A DNA stretch of 64,000 nt from the human T2T-CHM13v2.0 reference genome, Homo sapiens. Below the pieces are notes generated by a model. It made no database searches and was not told where the DNA came from. It saw nothing but the letters and a program-made list of their open reading frames with translations. The translations under genes were made by a program, and so were the position numbers. This document shows, piece after piece, positions 1 to 11,095 of this stretch. The stretch's first letter is position 1, and each line of letters begins with the position of its first letter. The stretch lies in NCBI RefSeq assembly GCF_009914755.1, contig NC_060931.1. The stretch is one strand, 5' to 3'.

Positions 1-660
1 TGCAAAATGGTGATATTCTCATTCTAGTCTTTCATTTTCATACAATACTTAACATAATTCCATAAAGAAATGTTTTCCTTCATCTAATATTTTGTTCAGC
101 TGTTTAAAGTTCATAAAGATATATAGGATAAATGCTTGATTCTTTCCTTTTATTTATCTAGTTTTCAAGATTATGAATTTGCTCTCTACTATCATTAAAA
201 TACAGCCAATCACTTTTTCTTTTTTTAATGTTATTATAAATTCATGCATTTATTCATATTTGATAGGTTTTAAGCCATCACATTCTTTTTATCTTTATTG
301 AAGCTCTAATTGTCCCATCTTTGAAGAATCTTTGTTTGTTCGTTTTGATAATAACAAATGATATTTTAAGACCAAAATCTGGGCACTAGGGATGCTCAGC
401 TTCAATGAGTTTGTCTTTATTTCCAGCCCATTTTCTGTGAGCAGAGTGAGGAAAGGACAAAGGAAATGATAGAACTAAATATAAAATTAATGATTTGATT
501 ATCTTACATTACATAAACATTAGTCTCATGGTAATAATATAAATATTAAACCCACCAATTATGAATTTTAAAAGCAGTTAAAATGATTTTACATAGATGA
601 TCTCCTTTTGGCTCTCATTTTTATAGTTGCTTGACATCTATGTAATCAGACATTTTAGTC
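1..660 (-). mobile_element. Degenerate old L1 (L1M-type) fragment
   Basis: T-rich, decayed sequence resembling antisense L1 3' regions. Subfamily not resolvable by eye. Confidence 0.4.
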
Positions 661-670
661 ATTACATACT

Positions 671-1200
671 TACAGGGGCCAAGGGAAAATTTCCCCTTTG
701 CCCTGTGAAGGTTACCTAAAAATCGCTGAGAAAAGGTAAATAAATAGGAGAAATGGCATATAAATTTATTTGATCACATTTTTACGTGACATGGGAGCAT
801 TCAGAACGAAGACCCAAAGATTCAGGAGAAAAACTATCTATTTTTATGCCTAGGCTCAACAAAATATGGACAGCTGTGTAGAAGTATGATTAGGCAAAAG
901 GTATAATCTAGTGCTAACAACAGGCTGAATGAGGAAACCAAGCAAGGCCGGCCTGTTTAGAGTCTTCTTGGTCTCTCTCTGTGTACCTTTGCTTTCTCTG
1001 CATGTGGGGCAGGGCCCTCTCTGGAATGGAGATCTTATGATTTATACTCAAACAAAGTACATCAGATAATTTCTTTATGGCCAGTTTTTACACAGAAAGG
1101 TGTAGGGAAGTTAGAATAATATCTTTAGGTTCTATGGCTAGTTTTGGGGAAAAAGAGTTCTGGTTTCTATGACATGCCTTGTGGAAGAGTTTCTATGACT
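671..1200 (-). mobile_element. ERV1 MER4-group LTR fragment
   Basis: Blocks 'ggggccaagggaaaatttcccctttgccctgtgaagg', 'cagaacgaagacccaaagat' and 'gataatttctttatggccagtttttacacagaaagg' match my memory of MER4-group LTRs. Appears truncated. Confidence 0.6.
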
Positions 1201-1525
1201 ATTCAGAATCTATTTTACTTTCCCTTATAAATATAGTATTATTTTACCTGAGATGCCCAAGGGATTTTTTTCTTTAAAGTACAACAATTTTCCTAAAAAA
1301 TAACTAGGTGTTTTTCATTTTGGTTAAATATTTTCAGACAGTAATGAGATCTTTGCTTTGCTTATTTTCAATATTTGTCATTTTATCTCAAATCCTTTTT
1401 ATATTTTTTATTTAAAAGCAATTGCTTTTTTATCTTCAATTTATCTTAAGGTATTACTTGTGTTTATTCAATCTTGTGTCCCTTCTAGTTTAGTCTTCAT
1501 TTCTAAAATAGATTTCTTATCATTC

Positions 1526-1645
1526 TAATTCTTTCCCAGTTTTGTCACCTCATTGCTGAGTTTTCTAATTATAATTTGTGATGCTCTTTTACATTTTATA
1601 TTGTTTTCTTAGTGTTTTCTAACTCATTTTGAAACAGTAGGTTAC
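1526..1645 (+). repeat. Left copy of 120-bp host duplication flanking the provirus
   Basis: taattctttcccagttttgtcacc...gaaacagtaggttac aligns without gaps to 7992-8111, with 5 mismatches in 120 bp. Confidence 0.95.
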
Positions 1646-1647
1646 TG

Positions 1648-2133
1648 TGTAGCAGGATGAGCCACAGACAAAACCCCTCAGACACCGAGATAGTGAAGGG
1701 AGTGGCTTTAATCAGCTGGGAGCATCAGCAGCCTAGCGTCTTAAAATCCGAGCTCCTCAGGTGCTCAACTTCTGTCCCTTTTAAGGGCTAACAACCCTAA
1801 GGGGGTCCACATGAGAGGGTCGTGATTGATTGAGCAAGCCAGGGGGTATGTGACGGGGCTGTGAGCACCGATGGACAGAGTGAAACAGAATAGAACGGGA
1901 GGTTTCACAAGGTCCTTCCATACAATGTCTGGAATCTATAGATAACAACAGTTGCTAGGTCAGGGGTGGAATTTTTACTACCAGGCTTAGGTCAGGCAGG
2001 CCCAGGCCTGGTTTCAGATCTGGTTCCTTGGTTTCAGGTCTGGTTCCTAGGTGCTGGGCTACCTGCCTTTTGTTTCTCTTCTCTTTCCTTTTCTGAGTAT
2101 AAAACAACATGAGAGGGTCTCTCTCGTCCCTCA
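1648..2133 (-). mobile_element. 3' LTR (LTR2B-like)
   Basis: Viral strand reads TGAGGGAC...CCTGCTACA. ATTAAA polyA signal at + 1707-1712. About 95% identical to 7489-7983. Confidence 0.93.
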
Positions 2134-2145
2134 TTTCCCCCCTTC
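2134..2145 (-). promoter_or_regulatory. Polypurine tract
   Basis: Viral strand GAAGGGGGGAAA lies immediately before the 3' LTR. Confidence 0.85.
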
Positions 2146-2162
2146 GAGACTCTCACTTTTTA

Positions 2163-3569
2163 TTAGTTGGAGTTCTCACTCTTATTTTTGCTACTTACAT
2201 CTTCTTGTGCAATAGATTGATAGTGATTCATATAGTACACTTGTGCTGAAGCATTTTGGTGAATCAAGGTAGTGATGAAGCTTTTTATCATTTGAAGAAG
2301 TACAGGTAGCAAACAAGGGAGCAGTAAGCAGGTTCCTATTACTATTATAACTCTTATTATAAGAGTTTTAAATTTTCTTAGTGCTGGGAACCACCTTCTA
2401 AACATGGCTTCAGGGTCGAATCCATGTTACACTTGTACAGGCACATGTGCCAGTTTTGTCATATTTTTAACTATGTCTTTAACTACTTGCCTTTGATTAT
2501 CTATGTGTAGACAGTAACTAGTAAGGTTAAATTTCTTATAGACCTCTCTTTCAGCTGCTAGCAAGTAGTCGAGAGCCAATCTATTTTGATAGATAGCATT
2601 TCTTATCTGAGTTTCTTGCCGGGCCAGAATAGTCAAGGCTTGACAGGTTTTATTAGTGATGATTTCTAGAACAGCCTGCAACCATATGATTCAGTTGAGC
2701 ATGTAAATGGGGGTCTGGTATCCCCATGAGCTGTCTTGTGCCTAAGTACCAGGCCTATAATATTGTATGATTTGCTTAGGGGGCTATTCATTATTTTTGA
2801 ATTTTTTTATAGCTATGCTTTTCTTTTTGCAGGAAGCATAGACAGGGAAGCCCAGGAGTTTGCCTCTTTTTATGGGTAGTAGGAAGAAAGATGGTTTAAT
2901 AGTGCCAATAATACAACTACCTGACCACTGGTCAGGCAGCTTAGCGTAGGTTCTATGTCCACATACCCAGTATAGCCTAGTGGGGGCCGTCCAGTCCCGG
3001 TGGGATTCTGGGTGGGCTTAAATGGTCTGCAACTTTGGAAATCTACTGAATGGATTTTTATCTGTGTGTTTTGAACTCCACCACGTAACTGTTTTTGTGG
3101 TACTATTACACAGTTTTTGTCCTAAGCAACTAAGTCATCCTACAGAATGAGTGAATTCTTTCCTTTTTCTAGCTTTGCAATATTGTCCAATATTTGAAAC
3201 TTTTAGAACCTAGAAATGATCAGGGTGATTCTTTAGGGCTGGGAATTCATCAGGAACTGGGTCTGTAGGCTCTAATTCTCAGGCTTCTTATGGCCATTGA
3301 TCTCCTGTTACAGTTCCTCCACAAACATAACATTTAGAGACTGCGCTACATACCTTGGATAGAATAGCATTATGCAAACAAGTTTCTTTTAGAGTCCCGG
3401 TACACTTATAATAACCATAAAGTAATAGGACTGTAGCAATCTTTTATCCTACCTCAGTGACTTGATGTATATACTGGGAACAGTCCTCAGTCTGAGGAAG
3501 GTCAGTTGAAGTCCTTACTGTGCAAGTCCAAATTTTAAGGAAAATGAGTCCCGCGATGAGTTTCCTCAT
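2163..3569 (-). pseudogene. env: HERV-E-type env remnant (signal peptide, shortened SU, TM with immunosuppressive domain)
   Basis: Starts MRKLIAGLIFLKIW at 3569. [16 protein letters not shown] is in ORF 2427-2681. Membrane anchor VIIVIGTCLLLPCLLP is in ORF 2163-2405. Multiple stops. Confidence 0.9.
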
Positions 3570-3689
3570 GCTTCGGCCATGAGTGGACCAGTCAGCTTCC
3601 GGGTGTGACTGGAGCAGCGCTTGTCGTCTTCTTCAGAATCACTTTGCAGGGGTTGGCGAAGCTGCTCCCATCCACGTACAGCTCCCAGT

Positions 3690-4190
3690 CTACTGATGTT
3701 TAAGGATGGTCTTGGAGGTTGGACCCACTAGAATAAACTGAGTCCAATAACTCTACACAGTTATGTTCAACTGGGCTCTCTGATACCAGGAGTAAGGTGG
3801 CTGGGTTTAGGGTGTTGCAAACTTCGACGGTTATGCAGGGATTTTCACAGAGCAAGCTTTGGTATCTAGTCAGTCTAGCATTCATTAGCTAATGATGTCC
3901 TTTGGTATTTATTAAAGTTACCACAGCATGGGGGGACTTTAGGTTTTGCCTAAGAGTTAGCTTATCTGCTTCTTGTGCTAACAGGGTCATTGCTGCCAGG
4001 GACCTTAGACATGGGGGCCAGCCTTTGGAAACCCCTTCTAGTGTTTTGAGAGATAGGCCACTGGCCTTGGCCAGGACCTTACAGTCTGGGTTAAAACTCC
4101 AACTGCCATTTTTTTTTTTTTTTTTTTGACACATAGAGTGTAAAAAGTTTTGTCAGGTCAGGTGGCCCCAGGGCTGGGGCCGACCTGAGT
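3690..4190 (-). pseudogene. pol: HERV-E-type pol fragment (RT connection/tether upstream of RNase H)
   Basis: GWPPCLRSLAAMTLLAQEADKLTL...PHAV and NARLTRYQSLLCENP...LNPATLL...HNCVE are gammaretroviral tether motifs. RT core and most of integrase are absent. Confidence 0.85.
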
Positions 4191-4194
4191 TTTT

Positions 4195-5000
4195 CTTTTA
4201 ACTCATGAAAAGCTTGCTGCTGTTGGTTGTAATAGATGTAGTTTATCTAATTTATATTTTTATTAACTGTCACCTACTAAAATATTGAATTAAATCCTGT
4301 AGCTATTTGATTTCAAGCTTTAAATTGATCTGTATTCCTCGTGGGACTCCAACTGCGTCTAAATGGACAGGAGAGTCGAAAGACCTATAAGGGGCTTCTC
4401 TCACTTTACAATGTCTTATTTTTTTTCCTTCTGGTTGATGAAATGCCAGGGTGAAAGGGATAGCCAATTGGACTAAAGTATAAGTGCCACTCCAGTTATT
4501 CGGCAGAGTGCCCAGTAAAGGTCCACCACAATACCACCACACATCTGCTTGCGGATGAACAATGGCTGACTGATTGATAAGCTCTTGAAAATTCTTAAGC
4601 TCATCGCATCCCTTCAGGTCTCCAAGGAATGCTAAGTTTCCTCCCTGTCGTGAGAGACAACGAAGTGAACTTAGTGTTGGGAGACGGAGGCTGGATGGCC
4701 CTCAGGGGCTGACCCGCAGGGTACCAGACTTTGGGATATAGCAGAGAGAGCCTGGCATGACTTATTAATCCAGGCTGTAGAATCCTGGAAAACAGCTACC
4801 ATGCAGCCCACGCCTGGCCGACTGGAGGACCATCTTAGTGGAAGGGAGACAATCAGGGCCTCTGGCCTGCCATGTGCACAAGCATAACAATTGCTTTTGT
4901 TTAACGTGCAGATGGAATATTTGATCCATTCCAACCAGGCATTTGCATCTTGGTATGCTATCTTAATTGCCAAAGTTTGTTTTAAGTTTTTAACTTTTAT
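4195..5000 (-). pseudogene. env: Second env remnant of HERV-I/HERVIP10 (EnvPb-like) type
   Basis: NAWLEWIKYS..LNKSNCYACAHGRP, WWYCGGPLLGTLPNNWSG, SFD..V.LDAVGVPRG and (W)INYIYYNQQ motifs. Frameshifted. Confidence 0.75.
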
Positions 5001-6274
5001 GATCTTCTTGTAAAATGAATGTTTCCTTTAGCACCTATTTTTATTAGTTTTTAGACCAAAGAAAGCCAAATACCATTTTACATTTAACAATGCTTTTTGT
5101 ATGATTTTTACACTAGATAAGCTAAATTTTACTTTTATATTAGTGTGTTATTAATGTTAAACTTAATTTTAATAAAACCTTGTAGACATATTTATCTAAT
5201 TTTTAATGTTTGATCATAAGTAAGATTTTATAGACTCTTTTTAACCTTTTATAATTTTTGTTAAAGAGGAGATTGGTGCTTTAAGAAAAACCTGTTGCAT
5301 TTTTACTTTAATGTCCATTTCACAGAAAAACTGGATGATACTTTTTTAAGTTTAGCTAATATGTTTACACACAGAATTTTCTTTACAATTAACGTTTTAA
5401 AACTTGCTTAAACTTTCAAAACAATGATTTTTTTTAACTTTTTAATGTAGGTAAAAATCCACATTCTTATGCCTCCTTATAGTCCTTTTACCAAAGGTAT
5501 ATTTAACTTTCCTTATACACCTTGCACATAAACTGTTTCTTCAATAGTACTCAGGAGGCCTTATTACTTTTAAATTATACAACATTTTTTGCATAAATTT
5601 TTTTATAACTTTTTTCTTCCACGACTTTCGCAGACAATTCTTCCACATGCTCAACTTTCTGACTTATTACAAACATTTTTTTTTAAAAAAACAACCAGTT
5701 AATTTATTTCAGGACAAGAATTTACCATATAACACTCTTTTTACATAAATTCTGCCTCCCCTTTTTTTTCCTTTTTTTTTGAAGATAACCATTCTGTTTT
5801 TTTTTTTTTAAAGCGAACTTTCTTTATGTCTGTGGACTAGATGAAGGCCACAAGATTAGAAGTTACTATAATACATGTTACACTGTTAACTTTTAGCAAA
5901 TTTTACTTTTGTTGAAAACCTTGTAAGTTTGGGATTTCAATTATTCTTTGCTATTAATAAGAGCCTGTTTAGTCTAAATTAACTTAGAATTTGTATAGAT
6001 GGCCTTTTTTTTTTTTTTTTTTTTTCCTGTTAGCAAAGCAGCTGCCGCTACAGATTGAACACATCTGGGCCATCCGCAGGTTACTGGGTTAAGGGTTTCT
6101 GATAGGAAGGCCTCAGTGCTTTCCGGATACGCCCTTGTTTACACTGACAACAAAGTGGTATTACAGTGTTACAGGGTTACTGAGAATACCTTTAATTATC
6201 AATTATAGGTTTTAAATATGCCTTGGCTTTTAAAGGAATCAGGTATATTGTATTTTTCTTAACTACTTGTATAT

Positions 6275-6480
6275 TTCTCTCTCTTGTTCTTTCTCTCTTT
6301 GACTTTCTGTCTCTCTCTCTGACTTTCCTTTTGCCTTTGTCTCTTCCTCTCTTTCTGCCTCTATCTTTCTCTGTCTCTCTCTCTTTTCTTGACTCCTTCT
6401 TTGTCTCTCTGTCTCTTCCTCTGTGTCTTTTCCTCTCTCTTTGCCTCTTTTTCTCTCTCTTTCCTCTCTTTCTCTCTGCT
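6275..6480 (+). repeat. CT-rich low-complexity tract inside the provirus
   Basis: Degenerate (CT)n/(CTT)n, GA-rich on the viral strand. Confidence 0.85.
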
Positions 6481-6559
6481 GGTCTTTCCTTGCCTCTGCC
6501 AGCCGCTTATGCTGCTGTTCTCTTAACTACTGTTGGGGGGAAGGGGGTCTAAAACCAGC

Positions 6560-6812
6560 TGTAACTGTCTATGTACGGAAACTGGTCTGCGTGCCTTGGC
6601 TTACAGGTTACCTTGTGCCATACCTCTGAAACAAGGGACCTGTCTAGGCTTCCTTCTGATGGCCAACCCACCTCAAATGCTGGCCAGTCTATTTCACACA
6701 AAGTTCTAAGTTTTCCTGGTATCATAGTAACACCGTAATCTCCCTTAAATTCTTTCTTGAAATTTTTCAACATAGTTCCTAGTGGGGTGGGCTTAGTTTG
6801 TACCTGACCCGT
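6560..6812 (-). pseudogene. gag: HERV-E-type gag matrix remnant
   Basis: GQVQTKPTPLGTMLKNFKK...LCEIDWPAFEVGWPSEGSLD...DQFPYID. The initiator position reads ACG (6810-6812). Truncated after MA. Confidence 0.85.
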
Positions 6813-6975
6813 GTCTCCTCGAGACAAAACACCACGCTCACACCACACGCACACTACAAAACAAAGAACGGGTAAAAAGGGCACACACACACTTTTACAG
6901 TTTACACCAAACCAGAATCAAAACCAAAATCGGAGTATCAGGAAATCCAAGCCAGGTCAAAACCAAAACCAAAGT

Positions 6976-7215
6976 ATCAAGCAATCTAAGTCAAGTCAAA
7001 AACAAAAAACAAAGTGCCGATACAGGCATACCATGGGTGATCAGGCCATGCTTCCACTTGAATGGAGTAGGCAAGTTCCCAAGATCAATCCTGTCAAGCA
7101 ATTCAAACCAAGTCAAAACAAAAACAAAAACCAAAGAGCCCATAAAGGCACAAAGTGGGTGATCAGGCCACGCTTCCACTCAAATGAGTGGGCAAGTTCC
7201 AAAGACTAGTCTTAC
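6976..7215. repeat. Two ~118-bp tandem units in the proviral leader
   Basis: caagtcaaaa...gggtgatcaggcca[t/c]gcttccact...ggcaagttcc occurs twice. Confidence 0.8.
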
Positions 7216-7454
7216 CGAGTTTGAGACGTCCGGACTCCAAGTGCCAAGTGCCAGTTCCTTCCCGGTGTTCAGCCACTGCGTTGATCCTCCACGGGGGCCT
7301 GCCACACACGGCTCTGGCGAGGCATCCCACCGGGGCAAATGCCTACCCGGGAGCGCTCTCAGGATCCGCGTCGCTCCGGCTGGTTGGAGTCCCCCGCAGG
7401 GATGTTCCACAGGGCAGGCTAAAGCCGCTTAAGAAGCTGCCTGGACCGTCCATT

Positions 7455-7463
7455 ACTCACCTC
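7455..7463 (-). promoter_or_regulatory. Major retroviral splice donor
   Basis: Viral strand GAG|GTGAGT just downstream of the PBS. Confidence 0.7.
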
Positions 7464-7465
7464 GC

Positions 7466-7483
7466 TTGCCGGTCAGGGAACCA
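7466..7483 (-). promoter_or_regulatory. Primer binding site, tRNA-Glu
   Basis: TGGTTCCCTGACCGGCAA, one mismatch from the tRNA-Glu PBS TGGTTCCCTGACCGGGAA. Lies 5 nt after the 5' LTR. Confidence 0.88.
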
Positions 7484-7488
7484 AGAAA

Positions 7489-7983
7489 TGTAGCAGGACG
7501 AGCCGCGGACAGGAGACACCGAGATAGTGAAGGGAGTGGCTTTAATCAGCTGGGAGCATCAGCAGCCTAGCGTCTTAAAATCTGAGCTCCTCAGGTGCTC
7601 AACTTCTGTCCCTTTTAAGGGCTAACAACTCTAAGGGGGTCCACGTGAGAGGGTCGTGATCGACTGAGCAAGCCAGGGGGTACGTGATAGGGGCTGTGAG
7701 CACCGATGGTCAGAGTGAAACAGAACAGAACGGGAGGTTTCACAGTGTCCTTCCATACAATGTCTGGAATCTGTAGATAACAACAGTTGCCAGGTCAGGT
7801 CAGGGGTGGAATTTTTACTACCAGGCTTAGGTCAGGCAGGCCCAGGCCTGGTTTCAGATCTGGTTCCTTGGTTTCGGGTCTGGTTCCTAGGCGCTGGGTT
7901 ACCTGCCTTTTGTTTGGCTTCTCTTTCCTTTTCTGAGTATGAAATAATATAAAACAATATGAGAGGGTCTCTCTTGTCCCTTA
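7489..7983 (-). mobile_element. 5' LTR (LTR2B-like)
   Basis: Direct repeat of 1648-2133. TATA-like CCCTTAAAAGGG near + 7610-7621. ATTAAA at + 7541-7546. Confidence 0.93.
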
Positions 7984-7991
7984 TTTCCCCT

Positions 7992-8111
7992 TAATTCTTT
8001 CCTAGTTCTGTCACCTCATTGCTGAGTTTTCTAATTATAATTTGTGATGCTCTTTTACATTTTATATTGTTTTCTTAGTGTTTTGTAACTCGTTTTGAAA
8101 CTGTAGGTTAC
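7992..8111 (+). repeat. Right copy of 120-bp host duplication
   Basis: 115/120 identity to 1526-1645. Confidence 0.95.
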
Positions 8112-8719
8112 AAAGATTTTTGTTGTTCTGTTTCTTGAGCATATTCAGAAATTCTTGAATTGGCCATATAAATAATGGTCTTCCCCTTTTTCTGTTCATT
8201 CTCTCCTTTTAAGTTACTTTGTATGAGATTTGACCTCAATACATTTCTCTTGTTCATATTTATGTTCACATAGCTTTTCTAATTTCACAAAATCTGTTCT
8301 TCTGTTCTTTCATATAATGGTGGAAACATGGTATCTAACTTTCTGAGATTTTCACGTTCTGTTCTCTTCTTACTTTTATCTAGTCTTTCTCTTTCTCTTT
8401 TGTTTCTATTGTTGCTCTCTTGATCAATTTTGATTTTGTTCACGCAGTTTATCCTTACAGTGAGTTCCTGCCCCAGAAGGGAGTCCTGGAGGGTCAGCTT
8501 TTATTCTCACATTGGCTCACCATGATCTACAGTGCACTTGTGTGGGCTGTTTTGGGTTCTCCCCCTGTCAGATCTGTCTCATGTTGCTTCTCTCTATCTT
8601 GTTTTGTTCAAATACCAATAGCATGCAAGTCTTGTGGTTACTAGTGGTTTGCTCCCGTTCACTTTTGCTTTCAGGTTTGTGAGAGAAAAATTTATCCTGA
8701 TTTTTGCTTTAAATCTTGA

Positions 8720-9067
<348 letters not shown>

Positions 9068-9149
9068 TGCTCCATCTATTTTTATGTGAAGATTCAGGAA
9101 GTTTCCAAAACTATCTTGACACCTCTTTCCACCCCAAATTAACACATTA

Positions 9150-9990
9150 TTTCATTAAATGTTTTGGAGTCACCTACCCTATGCCAGCCACTGGGTGGTA
9201 TTCTCAAGACACGACAGTGACAAGTGATAAGACAGATGTTTTGGCTTGTTCTCATGAAGCTTGCACTCCGATAAAGCATCAGTGACAGATAAATAGCCAA
9301 TTATAATTCACTGTCCTCTCATAGGAAGTACAGAATGTCATGAAGTACAAGGGAAGGGCAATTATTTTGCATTTCCCTTTTTCGATTGTCAATTAATTTT
9401 AAGACAGGGATTCAGTTAAGGCCAAAGATTTAACTTCCCTGAAGTTCCCTATAAAGTGAACAAAACCACTTATAGCTAGAAGTTCTTTTATAAGGTATTA
9501 GCTATTAATAAATGTCCTGATTATTTTTGTCATACAGTCAAATGCTTGTCTTTTCTTATTCACCAGAAATAATTTTATTTTAGTTTAAGAAAGTACAGTA
9601 TTCATTTAGTTAACAAATTTATTTATAGTACTGACCATATTCAATGATCTGTTTTAAGCACTTTACAAATATTGACTCATGGTAATATTAAATGATATTT
9701 GGTTCATTACAAATAGTGTATCCATTTACTAAATTATTCAAAAACTTTGTAAGAGTTGCAGCCTTTGTGGCATACATTATTCTAGGCAATAAAAATAAGG
9801 AGTTGAACAACACAGACAAGATTCCTGACCACACAATGCTTATATTTAGTGGGCAAGCTGGAAAATAACATGGAAAAAAATAGACGACTAAAGAGATTCA
9901 TACACAAGGTAATTTCTGATTGTGGAAAATTTGTGACAAGAAAATTAAAAATGATATCATAAAGAGTGACCCAAGGAGGACTATTTAGGT
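9150..9990 (-). mobile_element. L2 fragments
   Basis: Antisense L2 3'-end-like text at ~9150 (ttcattaaatg..cacctaccctatgccagccactg) and ~9600. Confidence 0.5.
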
Positions 9991-10869
9991 AGGGGGTTAT
10001 GGGTGGCTTCATCCTATGGCTAAGAAAGAGCAAGTGAGGTATGGTATCTCTACTGAAAATAGTTTGCATCATGGACTCCAAATTCTCACTTTTCCTTCCT
10101 CGTTATTCTCTTCTAAGACAAGAAGGCCTCCAAGCTTTTAACATTCTTCTGGAATTCAGTAGTTAGCCATCCATTTCTCCTGATTGATATTGTTCTCCCC
10201 ATTCTACTGCAGGCTCTGCATCCACATAATCTTCCTAGCTTTGACCAACATCAAACAATTTCTCACTCTTATTGGCTCACTAGCAAGCAATCTGATCAAA
10301 CCTGAAATCGTACCAATTCATAATCTGTATTAATATCCAATGTCATATAATTTCAGAATTAAAAACAAACAAATCAAGAAATGTTTACATTTCCCAAGAA
10401 AAATAATGTCCCTTTTTAAATTTAAACATGATATCACAAAGTGTTCTTTTCCCATGTGTTCTGACTTGGTAATATAGTAGAAAATCCGTTGTGACTAAAA
10501 GCATGGAGTCTTATCACCTCTCTTCCCTATTAATCTTTACAAGGATGAGTAGGTTTCATGAAAACTGTCTTCTACTTCAAATTCATCTCTAATTACACAG
10601 AAGCACACAGGCGTAAGAAAGAAACAAATAAATCAACCAAAACAAGTATTCGAAGGAAATACACTGGGTTTTCTCTTTATAATATAACTGTGATAGTAAA
10701 GGTATGTTTGTTCAATTATTCTGGGGAGCCAAATGAGTTCAAAGAAGACTCGGCTGTTTGTATTATTCCTTTATCGCTTTAATTTATTATAATTGAAAAG
10801 AGCTGGAGACTGACTTTGAGAATCACAGAATTGTTTAGTTTCCTCCTAATCCTTTTCAAGTCTATCTGC

Positions 10870-11095
10870 TGCAACGTGGTATAGGGGAGCAAATAAGAGT
10901 TTTAGACCAAGTCAGAGCTGAGTGAGAATCACAACTCTGGCTAGGGAATGTGAAGCAATACATTTACTTTCTCTGAAACTTATTTTTCTTAGCAATAGAC
11001 GTGGGTATAATATCTTCCCCACAAAGTTTTGGGATTAGAGATTACGTATGAAAATTAAGCAACACAGTTCCTGGCACACAGCAGACCCATAATAT
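10870..11095 (+). mobile_element. MIR
   Basis: Decayed MIR core: tttactttctctgaaacttatttttctt...aacacagttcctggcacacagcag. Confidence 0.6.

Larger units (their letters stand above)
1648..7983 (-). mobile_element. HERV-E/Harlequin-type mosaic provirus with LTR2-family (LTR2B-like) LTRs; defective
   Basis: Two ~490-bp direct-repeat LTRs, a tRNA-Glu PBS, a PPT, HERV-E-like gag/pol/env remnants and a HERV-I-like env segment. Confidence 0.93.

Noticed and set aside
6223-6629. Hydrophobic Leu/Ser-rich ORFs as membrane proteins
   Set aside because: Translation of the CT-rich tract, antisense to the provirus.
6976-7215. Leader repeats as a CRISPR-like array
   Set aside because: Two degenerate tandem units without spacers, in a eukaryotic ERV leader.
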